A stretch of 64,000 bases of DNA, taken from NCBI GenBank assembly GCA_964247055.1, contig OZ176059.1, positions 62,001-126,000 of the forward strand. The letters run 5' to 3'. The DNA comes from Paragordius varius. Taxonomy: Eukaryota; Animalia; Nematomorpha. Numbering within the stretch: position 1 is the first letter of the stretch; each line of letters starts with the position of its first letter. Below the pieces are notes generated by a model. The model had not been told where the DNA came from. It searched no databases and saw only the letters and a program-made list of their open reading frames with translations. Positions 52,365 to 64,000 of the stretch are shown here, one piece after another. Both the position numbers and the translations under genes were made by a program.

Positions 52365-55300
52365 TTAAGAGAACCAGCCCATTTTAAAGCGGCGAAAAAA
52401 TATAAATCTCCCGGAGCCAACACCTAACAATTATAAAGATACTGGCTTGTTTTTTTCATGTAAGTTATGCTATATATTATGATATTTTTTGCGATTTTCA
52501 AAAAAAATTAAAGAAAATATGCTCATGCCATTTTCTGATATGATGAAATTGCCATAAAAGTAATAATACTCTTAAATCACTCATAGGGGGCTCAACCACA
52601 ATGATAATCCTGATACATCTTCCATCAGAATACAAATTTCATCAGGATATATTTTTGCACACCCCGATAATTCAATGATAAATTTCTATGTAGTCAGAAT
52701 TTGATTAAATGATTTGTTTCTAATTTAACCAGTTTCAAAATTTTATAAAATGTTAACATCATATAATTATATAGAAATTTATATTTATTAAAAGGTTTTG
52801 TACCGTTTTCCAGATGCTTTAATATACCATAAATCTGAACATTTACTCAATTATAGTTTATGAAATTTGAATTTTTTTGAAATGTATGGTATCTTCAAAA
52901 AATTTTTATACCATAATGTGCTCTAATTTGAGATTGTTTTAATCTATAATGGTAAATATTGTACAAAACTAAAAGCAAAGTATGGTCTTATTCTACCATT
53001 ATATATATATATATATATATCCCTAATCATGCACTGCGCTATTATCATATATATGATATTGAGCGTTCCTGATATCGCAAGCCCCCAAATTAGTAAAAAT
53101 ACGTTTTTTTTTCGAAACATTTTTATATTTTTTGGATAAATGATTACTAATTACCCAAAGTTATTTTACAGATAAAGGAATGGGACTCGTCGCATGGCGT
53201 AGTAACGTTCGCCAAATCCCCGTATGGAGTCATGTATAGTAAACTGCAAAATCCGTTTCTTTCATTCCTTAATAATTTTATTAAAATATGTATGGATGGA
53301 TTTATTATTACAAACAATCTTTTTAAATACTTTAATACTTTTATTTATTTTAATATCTCGAATCTTATGTGCTTATTTAGTAGTCAAAAGATTCATATTT
53401 GATTTATGATAAAATTTAAATTTTAAAATATTTAAATAATAATATTTGGAATTGGATTTAAACCTCAGTTTTATGTGAAATTACGTGTTAGTTTGTTAAT
53501 AATAATGTCAATATTTTTAATTTAAAGAGTAGAGTCTAGATTTGAAATACGAAACAAAACTAATTATGACAAAATTGTATTTTTAAAGACAACTCCATAC
53601 TTTTTAAATGTTGATTTGTTGAAATATAACTCGTTGTTTTAAATTACAAAGTATAATATAGAAACGTAAATTGGTAATACAATCAATTATGTTTTTACAA
53701 AAAAATTGTCTTTCTATTTTAACATTTTGTCCGTATAATTTTAATTTTTACTGTGTATTAAATTTTAAAATATGTTAGATTGAATGTTAATAATAAATAT
53801 CAATCTTAATTCAAAAAGTACAGTAAATAAAATTATACCACACAAAATATGACAAAATTGCTTTTATATAAACAACCCCATACTTTTTAAATTTTGATTT
53901 TTTGAAATATTAACCATTGTTATTAGTTGCAAAGTATGAGATAGAATATATTGGTATCGCAATCAATAATATATTTTACAGGTTTATAAAATCATGGTTG
54001 TTTTTTAAAAAAAAATGTTTGTTATTATATTTTTACGTTTCCTTATTATTTAAAATTTTATTGTAATTTTTTAAAGTTATATTACTAACGTCATAAGTAA
54101 TAGAAAAAGAGAAAATAAAAAATGATTTATTGAAAGTTGCATCCTATTATTACCAGTAAAGATTACGGACAAAACGTAAAAAAAAGAGACTGTTTTTTTT
54201 CTAAAGACAACCACTTTAATTTTTCATATATAAAATATTTAATGGAAATTGTAAAACATATAATTGATTGTGTTACCAATTTACACTCCTTTCCATACTT
54301 TGCGATTCTAAACAATGAGGTTTATTCAAATAAATCTGGTTAAGAATTATGATTGACTTTTATAAAAAAAAATTTAAAATTTTTACAATTTCGTATAATA
54401 TCATTTTTTACTGTAAATATTTGTAGCAAACTTTAGTAACGATATTCAAAAAATTAAGTATTAAGGGAATACCTATAGCGATCGAAATCAATGCCAGAAT
54501 ATTCGTAAGGTCCAGCATAAACGGCTTGTTGAATCCATGAATCTTGCCCAATAAATGAAAATGGACAGAAAAAGTTTTTCACTAAATCCTTCGGTAAAAA
54601 AAAATAATATATGCTCCTATGCAAGTGTAAAATGTTTTAGATATTTATAAATTAAATTTTCATTTTTTATCTAATTATTAGGGCTTCTCTCTCATATATG
54701 CGACATATTTGCTTTACAAAACTGTGTGCAAAAAAGGGTTAATTTTTTTAACAAAAATTTTTTTATCATGAAATAGCTTATGACATGTGAATTCATTTGC
54801 TGACGACCTAGTTTTTGAAACATTGAGAGATAATCAAAATCAGGCAAAAATCAAAAATAAGGATAATTCAAAAAATAATGAAAAAAATTATATATTATGG
54901 TTAAATATCATTTTAAGAGATATTTCCAATATATAAATAGATTAAAAACATCTAGTTAGGGTTTCTATAAAATCTCAGGTAAGATGGCTGTTTTTTAACA
55001 CTTCGAAGACAAAAAACTTTTTATGAAACTGTATATAAATATTTTTTTATTTAGCTAAACTCACTATTACTTTAACCTTCATATTTTATTCGGTAAAAAA
55101 AACTTATATGTCAAAATAAAACCAAAAAATTTTGTTTTTTATTTTTCCATTTTTTTGTCTTTTAAGTGTGTTAAAAGAAAAACGTAATCTTTTAACCTGA
55201 GATTTTAGAGAAAGTCCAACAATATGATTTAGGCTATATTGAAAATATCTCCTAAAATGATAATACAAAAATATCTCAAATTTTTTCATTATTTTTTAAA

Positions 55301-58010
55301 TTATCTTTAATTAACCTTAATTTTCACTTTTTACCCCATTTCTATTTTCTATCATTTCAAAAACTAGGTCGTAAACAAATAAAAAATTTTACGGCAAATG
55401 AATACGCTGGTAAGCTATCTCATGAATAAAATTATTTTGTAAAAATTTTTTTGCACACAGTGCAATATAATAGTTTAGGTAAGTTTCGTTCTGTTAAAAT
55501 AGAAGATAAACAAAATTTGGTATTATTTATATACAGTACAGATTAAACGGTAAAAACTAAATGACAATTTTTTAATAAGATAACAATCCATATTTATAAA
55601 ATCTTGTTAATATGCAGTAAAAATTTATACGGACAACGTAATAAAGATAAATCTTTTCAAAAGACAATCAACCATAAAAATCTTAATTTTTTTAATAATA
55701 ACTCATTGTTTTAAACTGTAAGTATAGTATGAAATAGAGTATTGGTAAAACAATCAATTATGTATTTTAAGATGGTAATTAAATGATTTTATAAAAATAA
55801 ATAATTTGTTTTGATAAAAAATATGTCTTTAGGTTTTAACGTTTTGTCTGTATAATTTTATTTTTTACTGTAAATTATCATTCTTAGAGAACAGAGATCT
55901 GTTAAGCCAAGAGACAAGGGCCGCATGTGGGCCCTAATACTCCTTTTTTATATCCTAGAAATTTCCTTATTTAATGCACTTTTTTTAATTACAAATATCT
56001 GCGAGTGTGTCAAACAGCTATAAAATTTTATTGGTATTAACTTCTCTTGAGACAAGATTAATATTTTTTGCGGTGCCGCTTTAAAATTTTTGGTAGGTAT
56101 AATTGTCATAGATTATGTAGCTAGTATGGTTAGGGTATTGAAGGAAAAATGAAAAAGGTCGAGTATTAAAAGATAAAGAATATGAATATGTAGGAGCATC
56201 GGGGCTGTAAAACCGCACTTACTTTTAGTTAAAACAGTTTATGGTATAAACTATGTGAGCATACTCACATCCGACCAATATCAAAATTTATATCATGAAT
56301 TAAGTAATCATCTCTCCTATATATTATATTCTTTATCTTTCATATTCTTTAATACCCCATGATTTATATAAATATACATGAGGCCAAAAACTTTTAATAA
56401 GTGATTTAGGTAACCCCAGTAACTTGGAAAATGTAATAAAATACTTACATAAATATTGAAAAATATTTTGTGTTACACCAAAATCATAATGTAATTATTT
56501 AAATTTTATTGAATATAAGCTAACATCCAGAACGATATGCTATAATAATCAGGCCTCACATATGGCTACTCTATTGAATTTTTTTTGGCTTTTTTAGTTT
56601 TTTTTGTCTTAATACTTTTTTACTCTGATAGCTAACCATTTCATTTGTTGAATCAAAACTGAGAAGATTAGAGCCGGGATAGAGCATCTGACAACTTTGC
56701 ATAGCATTGAACCAGTCGAGTTGGACAACTTGTGCCAATAACGGATCAAACTGAGTTTGCTGTTGAACATTTAGCGGAGTTCCCGACTGCAAAGCTTTTG
56801 CCACAAGGTGATCGGCTTTTGTGAACATTTTAAAACAAGCACAAGATAGAGGATCCCCCCTAAACCATCCGGGTGGACAACGGCCTACAATATTAAGAGA
56901 CACAAATCCATGGTTATTCATATGTATTAACGTGAATTTCACTAAAATTTAAACCCGAATGCTCTCAAGCTAAACAAAACTGAATATTATATTATTAATT
57001 TTTTAATGTAAATCCGCTTTTTATAAATATAACAAATAATGTCTTAAAAATTCTATTGATATGCTGTATAACGAGGCCATCCCATCAATGATTATTTTGT
57101 AAAATAAAACAAGAACAAACTTAAAATTATGGGAAATTCGCTCGTTTAGGACCTTTTATAGCATTATATTTGACCATACCCTTATATTATATAAAAAATG
57201 TATATTTATGCACAAAGTTATATGTTGTTTCTGTATAATACAACAAGTTATTAGAAAACATCCCTTTTTCATTATAAAAATCTTTAAGACATTGTTTTGG
57301 CCAAAAGTTGTGTTTTATGACCAAATTTTAATTTTTAACATAGAGCAAAAATGAACCTAAAATATAAGGACAGTTTTTTTTCTTCAAGACAACCATACTT
57401 TTAAAATCTTGTTTTTTAAATCTAACTCATTATTTTAAAATTTATAAAATATACCTATTGGTAAGACACTCGATTGTATTAACGATTTTATTAAATTTAT
57501 TATAAAAGATAAATTGAGATTTAAACAGTATGTTTGTCTTTTGAAAAAAAAATATCTTTATATTTTTACCCTTTGTCCGTTTATCAATTTTTACTGTCAA
57601 TGTTATAAATTAAAATAAGGCATTATTTGGAAAAACTATAACCTTGAAGTTTGAAAGGGATGTTTTGCAATTACTTATTATAAAAGTGGTTATTGACAAC
57701 CACAACACATACAAACACACATAAAATAAAATTTTATTTTGCTAATAATGTCACCCGTATCATCATTGGGTAAAATGTTTGGTGCGATTGAAGGTTTAAT
57801 CGCTGCTTGTGGCAAATTCTGGTTATTTCCCACAATAGAATATTGTTTTCCAATTATATTAATAGGAACGGGTGTTACTAATTCAAATCCATGCATGTTG
57901 CAAAAACTTAATAACAATAACTGGAATAAGGCCAAATTTAGCGTAATTTTTTTTGTTTCCGCTTTTGTAGACCACCAGTTATTCAAGCTGCTGTTAGATA
58001 GTGTAACCAT
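52365..58010 (-). CDS. Secreted C-type lectin-domain protein. Exons 58010-57713 (or 57755), 56884-56637, 54588-54473, 53243-53170, 52423-52365
   Basis: Phase-consistent GT-AG exons give CPPGW..CACFKMF, WFNAMQSC..LLSFDSTNEM-DLVKNFF, DSWI and PCDESHSFIC. The hydrophobic leader is LNLALFQLLLLSFC. The exon-1 donor and the last exon are ambiguous. Confidence 0.8.
54720..55460. mobile_element. Foldback (long inverted repeat) non-autonomous element in lectin intron 2
   Basis: actgtgtgcaaaaa...gatagcttatgac...aggataatt at 54720-55030 is mirrored by ...tagctatctcatga...ttttgcacacagtg at 55070-55460. A further arm lies at ~6200-6500. Confidence 0.7.
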
Positions 58011-59916
58011 GTTAGCGAGTTATGATTTATAAAAAAATATCGGATTCGCCCAATATTTTTTAAGGAATATGTAAATTAAGTAATAAAATGCGCCAATTAT
58101 TCGGCGGATCTAATATTCTTGTGGTATCACCAATCGCGATAGAATAAGCAGGCAATTAATCCTTATATCAAGTGTTTAAATTCCGATTTAGAATATAATA
58201 TAATCTTGTTTCTTAATTTATTCTTTAGAAGTTATATTTTATGATATTAACAACAATTAAGACGGCAGAGTATGCAAATTCAGTGAAAAACTGAAAATAG
58301 GTTTTTTTATATTAAAATTATAAAAAATATATGTAATATCTGGATATATTAGCGAAAAAAATATTTATTTTAAATTGGCTTATTTTTAAATAAATAAATT
58401 TTAAATTTAATTTATACCATACAGTTCAAATTCACCCTTTAACAATTCAAATTTACCCTGAAATAATTCATATTACCCTAAAATAATTAGGTGTTTTTTA
58501 GATTAAAATGTACCTTTATTTTATAATATTTTTAAAATATGAAATTCTGTTTATATTAATATATGTTGAAAAAATAATAAACTATGTCATAAAAATATAT
58601 TTTATATTAATGGCGCTTTATATGATCCCGAAAACACATAATTTTTTTATGGTGAATTTGAATCGTTCAGGGGTGAATTGATTTGTAAATGGTATATTGA
58701 AGTATTGAAATAAACAACTACGATTTAAAAGCTGGGAAGCATAAAATTAATATTCTACCTTATTCATTTTTGGCCTAAATTATAACAATTAATCAAAAAT
58801 AACATTGGATTAATTAAAGTTGGATATTCAAATAACACAGTGCACAAAATGGGGGATATCCTCCAATATATATATTTATTTTAATGATATTTCAAAATTA
58901 ACATGGTCCTTTTGATTTCGAGTTTTACCGGTCATTTATTATTATGACTTTTTTGGTAATTGCATATATCAAATATGGCAAGCGAAATTTGCCTATATGA
59001 TGCTACAATTTTTATGTGAAAGCTAAATGTTTCTATTAAAAATATTATTTATATCTGAAATTTATATAAAAAGCGAAATAATATTTTAGGGTTAGTCCTT
59101 AGAAGGGCAAGAAATTTGGGGCTTTTGGAGGCACATCTAAAAATTATTATTTTCCAAAAATGTTGTGATTCTGTTTATATGTAATCTATATTATTATTTA
59201 GTAATATTTTTGGGAAGGGAGCATTTAACTTTTTTTAAAAAAAATGGCCATTTTCTGATATGGAGCAGTTACACAAAAGTGTAAATAACTTTCCTAAATC
59301 ATTCCTAAGCAAAAACAAAAGATCATGAAAATTCTGATACATTTGCCTTTTAGTATTATTTCTTCAATCTATAAAGCCCCCAATTTCGAAAGCAGTGATA
59401 TATACTGAATTTACTATATGTTACGGATAATTTCCGTTTAATTATGAAGTAAACAAAATTAAAACTTAAAATGAAACAAAAATAAAACATGATCAATTTT
59501 TCTAAAATATCATAAATTAATTTTGTGTTAATTTTAAATTTTGAGGCACCTTTGGCAGAAGCCCTAAGTGAAAGGCTAGTAGCCTAAATGCGTGGTGGAG
59601 TCTAAAATTTATAGTTCCGCCACTGCGCGAATGGCAACATTCATAAGCGGTTGGACCTGCCAAAACATATGTGTTATTCGGGAAAATATAACCAATTACA
59701 AATAAAGCAATCTAGTACCACAATGAGCCATTTATATTTTACAAATTGAGGTTATTTTAACAAAGGAATTCTATCAATTATACAATAATTTTTTGGTATA
59801 AATATAAGTAATTAATATATATTTAATAAAAATTTTAAATTTTTTTATAATAAAAAAGCAGTACTTCGAAAACCCAGTACTGTACTGCGAAAAATAGCTT
59901 ATCTGGTCTTATTACT

Positions 59917-59917
59917 G

Positions 59918-59954
<37 letters not shown>
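59917..59954. repeat. (TA)n microsatellite
   Basis: Pure TA run. Similar runs occur at ~13327, 26215, 27152, 49712 and 53001. Confidence 0.9.
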
Positions 59955-59957
<3 letters not shown>

Positions 59958-60399
59958 TTTTTAAATTGTTTCAGTATTGAAGTTAAATAAATTTAACAAA
60001 TTAACAGTATTAATAAAAGGTAACCCCGATATGTCTGAAGGTAAATTAAATATCAACGTTTTTGAAAGTGTGAGTTAAATAAAACAATAACATTAAAATA
60101 ACTATTAGCTTAATTTAGTTAACTCACTTTAACAAATCAGGACTATTACAATTACATATGAAATACAAAAGGCTGTATTAACTAAAAAACATAAAAATAG
60201 AATACATTTACTTAGTGTACTTTAAAAGCAATATTAATATAAAGAGGTATTTGTTAACATGAAATGTAAAAACTTAAGGAATTGTTTTTCGTATAAAATA
60301 AAAAATTAGGCTGAAAGCTTATCAATTTTAGCTGAATTGAATGAATTTAAAATACTACAAGTAGTCTAACCTAAAAATAATAATATTATAAATTTTGAA

Positions 60400-60980
60400 T
60401 TATTATTTATAGGAAGTTCTGGTTCTCAAATTTCCCAGAATTCTTATTAAAATCTCAATAAATAAAAATATTTAATATCTTTTGTAATACCTGGGATTTA
60501 AGATACAGTCAGTTATTGATCATTTTAATATTTTTAAAACTTTATGAATTTTTGGGGTAGTTTTTATAAATATGCTTTATTTATCCTTGTAGACGCATAA
60601 TACATTTTTTAAAAAAAATAAAATTGTAATAATAACCTTGTCTAAAACTTTTAACCAATCTTTTATTTTTCTAAATGTGAATACAAGGGAATATGTATAT
60701 TATCCCAAAAGATACTAAATTTTAACGGGAATCATAATTATCTCGATTCAAATTATAGTGCTTTTGAATTTGGCCCTCACGAGTTATTTAAAAAGTTATA
60801 TACACTTTAATCGATCACACTTATTTTAATTTATTTTTTTATATAAAAGCCAATTAAAATCATATCATAATAAACAGATCTTAGATTATTCAATTTACGA
60901 AACAATTAATAAAATTTTAGTTTTTATGTGGAATGCAGTCCCCACATTTTGAGATACCGCTAAAATAGGCCATTATGTAA
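60400..60980 (-). repeat. Inverted dispersed copy of the non-coding segment ~28930-29600 in the tandem array
   Basis: The reverse complement matches ggcctattttagcggta, taactcgtgagggccaaa, ttcccttgtatt, cctacaagg and gagaaccag in the same order. Confidence 0.8.
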
Positions 60981-61418
60981 ATTTAAGAAAAAGTTTCTTA
61001 ATTGTTTTATATAATTTTTATTATATGCTCAATATTACATCCCAAATTATTTTCAAAAAAGCATAAGCTAAAATTTTCATTGTTTAAGCGTAAGGTATTT
61101 ATATCAAAAAACTCCATTTATACAATTTGGTAAAAAAAATATAAAAATTGGCTATCAAATATAATTAATATATAATTTCAATTTAAACGCTAACTTTCAC
61201 CTAGTGCTTAATTTTTCATAAATTTGTTAACAAACTATTTTTCGAATTCCTTTTTTGAATATGAATCATATTAAAAAATAAAGTGATAGTATTGATTTTA
61301 GCTTTTATAGTTTCCCTTTTAAAATTTTATTTTAAAAGCTTTCTCGCTAAATAAGGTCTAAAAATGGAATTTTACACTAATTGTATTGTTTTATATACTT
61401 CCCATAAAATCAATACAG

Positions 61419-61521
61419 TTAGAAAGAGATATGACATACCTGATTTGTTAAAAATGGCAGGATATTCTCAAAATGATACTTCTTGTGATATGTTTACTAT
61501 CACTGAATGGGCCTCGATTGG
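61419..61521 (+). CDS. Candidate isolated exon (RKRYDIPDLLKMAGYSQNDTSCDMFTITEWASIG)
   Basis: Acceptor aatacag, possible donors at 61522 or 61524, and a protein-like open frame. No partner exons were found. Confidence 0.25.
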
Positions 61522-62249
61522 GTGTATTATTTTTTTTCGCTCTATAAATTGTTTGTTATCCTCAAAAAGTTGTTACTAAAGATATGTCTGGTTTATTCGT
61601 TTACTCATTTGCAACGGAATTTGTCCCAATATCCGCATTTCAAATTTAGTTTGGGCAACTGTTCACAAAAAAAATAAAAAACAATTTTAAAACAATCAAG
61701 CAATATTATATTAATTTTAAATAAATATATGTGTCTTTTCGATCTCATATTTTTTACTATAATTTTTAGGGAGCTAAGCCGAGATAAATTTATTAATGGG
61801 GATTGCATGCCATATAACTGTGAAAAAGAAAACGGTATATTATGTTTTGGTATTTTTTGTTTAAACATTTGTAAATGATTTTTTTAAACAATTTAGTATG
61901 CTAAACAATGATACCGATTTTCTGCAATAGACTGCAAACTATCTTTTAAGCCATATAATATTTTATTTTGTTCAAATCTATTTAATACAAATTAACAATA
62001 TTAAAGGAAATTTTAAAAAACTTTTGGTCACCTGATTTTAACGCATTTTCAGCAAGATAACCTTATCCGGGTATCCAGAAAAGGGTGTGACAGGCATGGT
62101 TCCAACCGTCACTATCCTCACAGGACGACCTTTACCGCCTTCTTACGCTTTTACACGCCTCATGGCTGGGAGACGCCACTTTCTTGTTGGGTGCTTTTAA
62201 GGGTATATACAGTAAAAATATGTACTGCAACAGATAAATTAATGAGATG

Positions 62250-63050
62250 ATAGTATCAAATTATATGCAATTTAACCCTTATCAAAATATTTGATTACAA
62301 ACAACCACAAACTATCCCCCACCGGATCCGTCCTCTTTGCAGATAGACTTTGAAGGCGGCGCTCGCGACGCTTTGGCTTAATGAAGTCTCTCCTCTTCCT
62401 CTAACAATCCTTTCTTAATTTGATTGCATCGATTTTTCCAACCCCCATTTAAAGCTGGGGTGACATAATCTGTCTCCGCAACCACGATGCAAGAAAACAC
62501 ACATACGTCCATGCCAAGATTTTTCTACAGCCCAAAGGCTGGGCGGGCATCAAGTTTCCATTTCAGAGCTGCCTTAAGCTATGGCGTAGCTGATGAGCCA
62601 CCACATTCAGACTTGACAACGGTATTCCCATCACGAGAGGCAAGGTATCGGTCTTCTAGAGAAGCTTAGTGAGTTGGCACCGTGTTTTTTTTAAAGCAGA
62701 TATCACCTGTGATGACTCTCAGGGATTTGTTTAACAAATACTTGAGCCTTGCGGGTATGCTTGATAGAATTTGGCCACACCGACAAGCCATATAGAATCC
62801 TAGAAAGGATTAGATTTTTAAATCTAATTCAGTTTTTGACCAACCTCCTTTGAGCGCTATAAAGAGTGTAAACTCAAAGAAGAGCTTTGTGGAATGCAAC
62901 CTGAGTAGAAGTGAGTCAATGGAGCATCCGTTTTTGTCCACTATAACACTCAGGAATCGAAGGAACTTCACGAACTCAAGCTCCCCTCTAACAGTGTTGA
63001 ACTTCCTCATATCAGACTAACCTATTATCATCACCTTCGACTTATCATAC
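62250..63050 (-). mobile_element. 3' fragment of an RTE-type LINE
   Basis: KSKVMIIG...GELEFVKFLRFLSVIVDKNG resembles the RT C-terminal KTKVM...LE.V..F.YLG..I motif. The region is GC-rich and has multiple stops. Confidence 0.65.
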
Positions 63051-64000
63051 AGACCATTATTACAATATTAAAAAAATGTTTCTCTAAACTTTAAAAGATC
63101 TTAAAACTCCTATTTTTAAACAATATTTATGTAAACATTCAACCCAATCATCCAATCATCTAAAAAAATTTGAAGTTATAGGAAATCCGTTCAACTCACT
63201 TTATCTATAATATTTAAGAAATTTGAAATGTCGGCCTCTGAAATAGATGAAAACGGACGTAATTTTTTTAATCTATGTGAATTATGCTACATTCAATCAT
63301 AGCGATATTCGATGGTCGATCATTTTTAAAATTGACTCCTACGACATAAAATTTAGTTTATTTAGTTTTACAATCCGAAAAAGAATCTAGGATTTACGTT
63401 TTACAAAGCATAAACTCAAAATACGCAATCAAACAGTCAGCTGTTTAAGAAAAAATATTTAAAAATATCATTTATAAAAAAAATGTATTATATCAAAAGT
63501 ATATCATAAAATGTTGTAAAAATTTGATTTGGTGGGTTCTAAGAAGTGAAAGCTAAATAATATACAAACTTTTTTTATTTACTGTCTGTTTTACTTTTTG
63601 TAATCATGTGATTGACACGCTCGGGACCCGATATGGAGAAAAAAATATATGCTCCCATATTCGAATAACATTTCAAATTATACATTATATGAATCTTATT
63701 TATATAATAAATAAAATGGTATAATACCCGAAAAGTCTACGTTTCAAGTACCAATCGAGTTACGCACACTATTTTGTAAAAAAAGCTGCTGCAGTTTTCA
63801 ACTAGACTAGTTAATTTCTACATTTAAGCTTTCATAGAGCTGTATAATTTCAATTTTTACTGTGTACATATGTATAATGTGAATATATGTGGGATTGCCG
63901 TTTTTTAGATACTGCAGAAAAAAGTATTGGCTTACAACCTGGACGACGGAGAAAAAGTTCCATTTTCGCGGCTGAGTCTGGCGGAGCTCGTGTTAAACGG

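Noticed and set aside
57739-58032. 97-aa plus-strand ORF
   Set aside because: It is antisense to lectin exon 1.
63940-64000. GC-rich patch at the window edge
   Set aside because: It is truncated and too short to classify.
1-64000. CRISPR arrays, rRNA, operons or bacterial-type systems; remaining short ORFs in the supplied track
   Set aside because: No regularly spaced repeats or rRNA signatures were seen. Most short ORFs use non-ATG starts, are rich in I/K/F/N/L and are expected by chance in AT-rich DNA.

Overview
This is very AT-rich eukaryotic (animal-like) genomic DNA with spliceosomal GT-AG introns. It is not prokaryotic, and no CRISPR array or rRNA was seen. Much of the window is decayed or nested transposons: Ty3/gypsy (Mag-like) LTR elements, four RTE-type LINEs, several hAT elements, two inverted Penelope-like fragments, a tRNA-derived SINE and several MITE families. 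Between them I could splice five intron-containing genes by hand with consistent phases, and all begin with an apparent signal peptide: (1) a 268-aa secreted protein with two FN3-like domains (10235-12190, -); (2, 3) a tandem pair of ~277-aa beta-rich orphan secreted proteins (27291-28395 and 30653-31760, -); (4) a 357-aa secreted SOUL/HEBP-family heme-binding protein with an RKRR site (40047-41410, +); (5) a non-canonical C-type lectin with two phase-compatible alternative last exons (52365 or 49712 to 58010, -). All domain calls come from motif recognition by eye; no database search was run.
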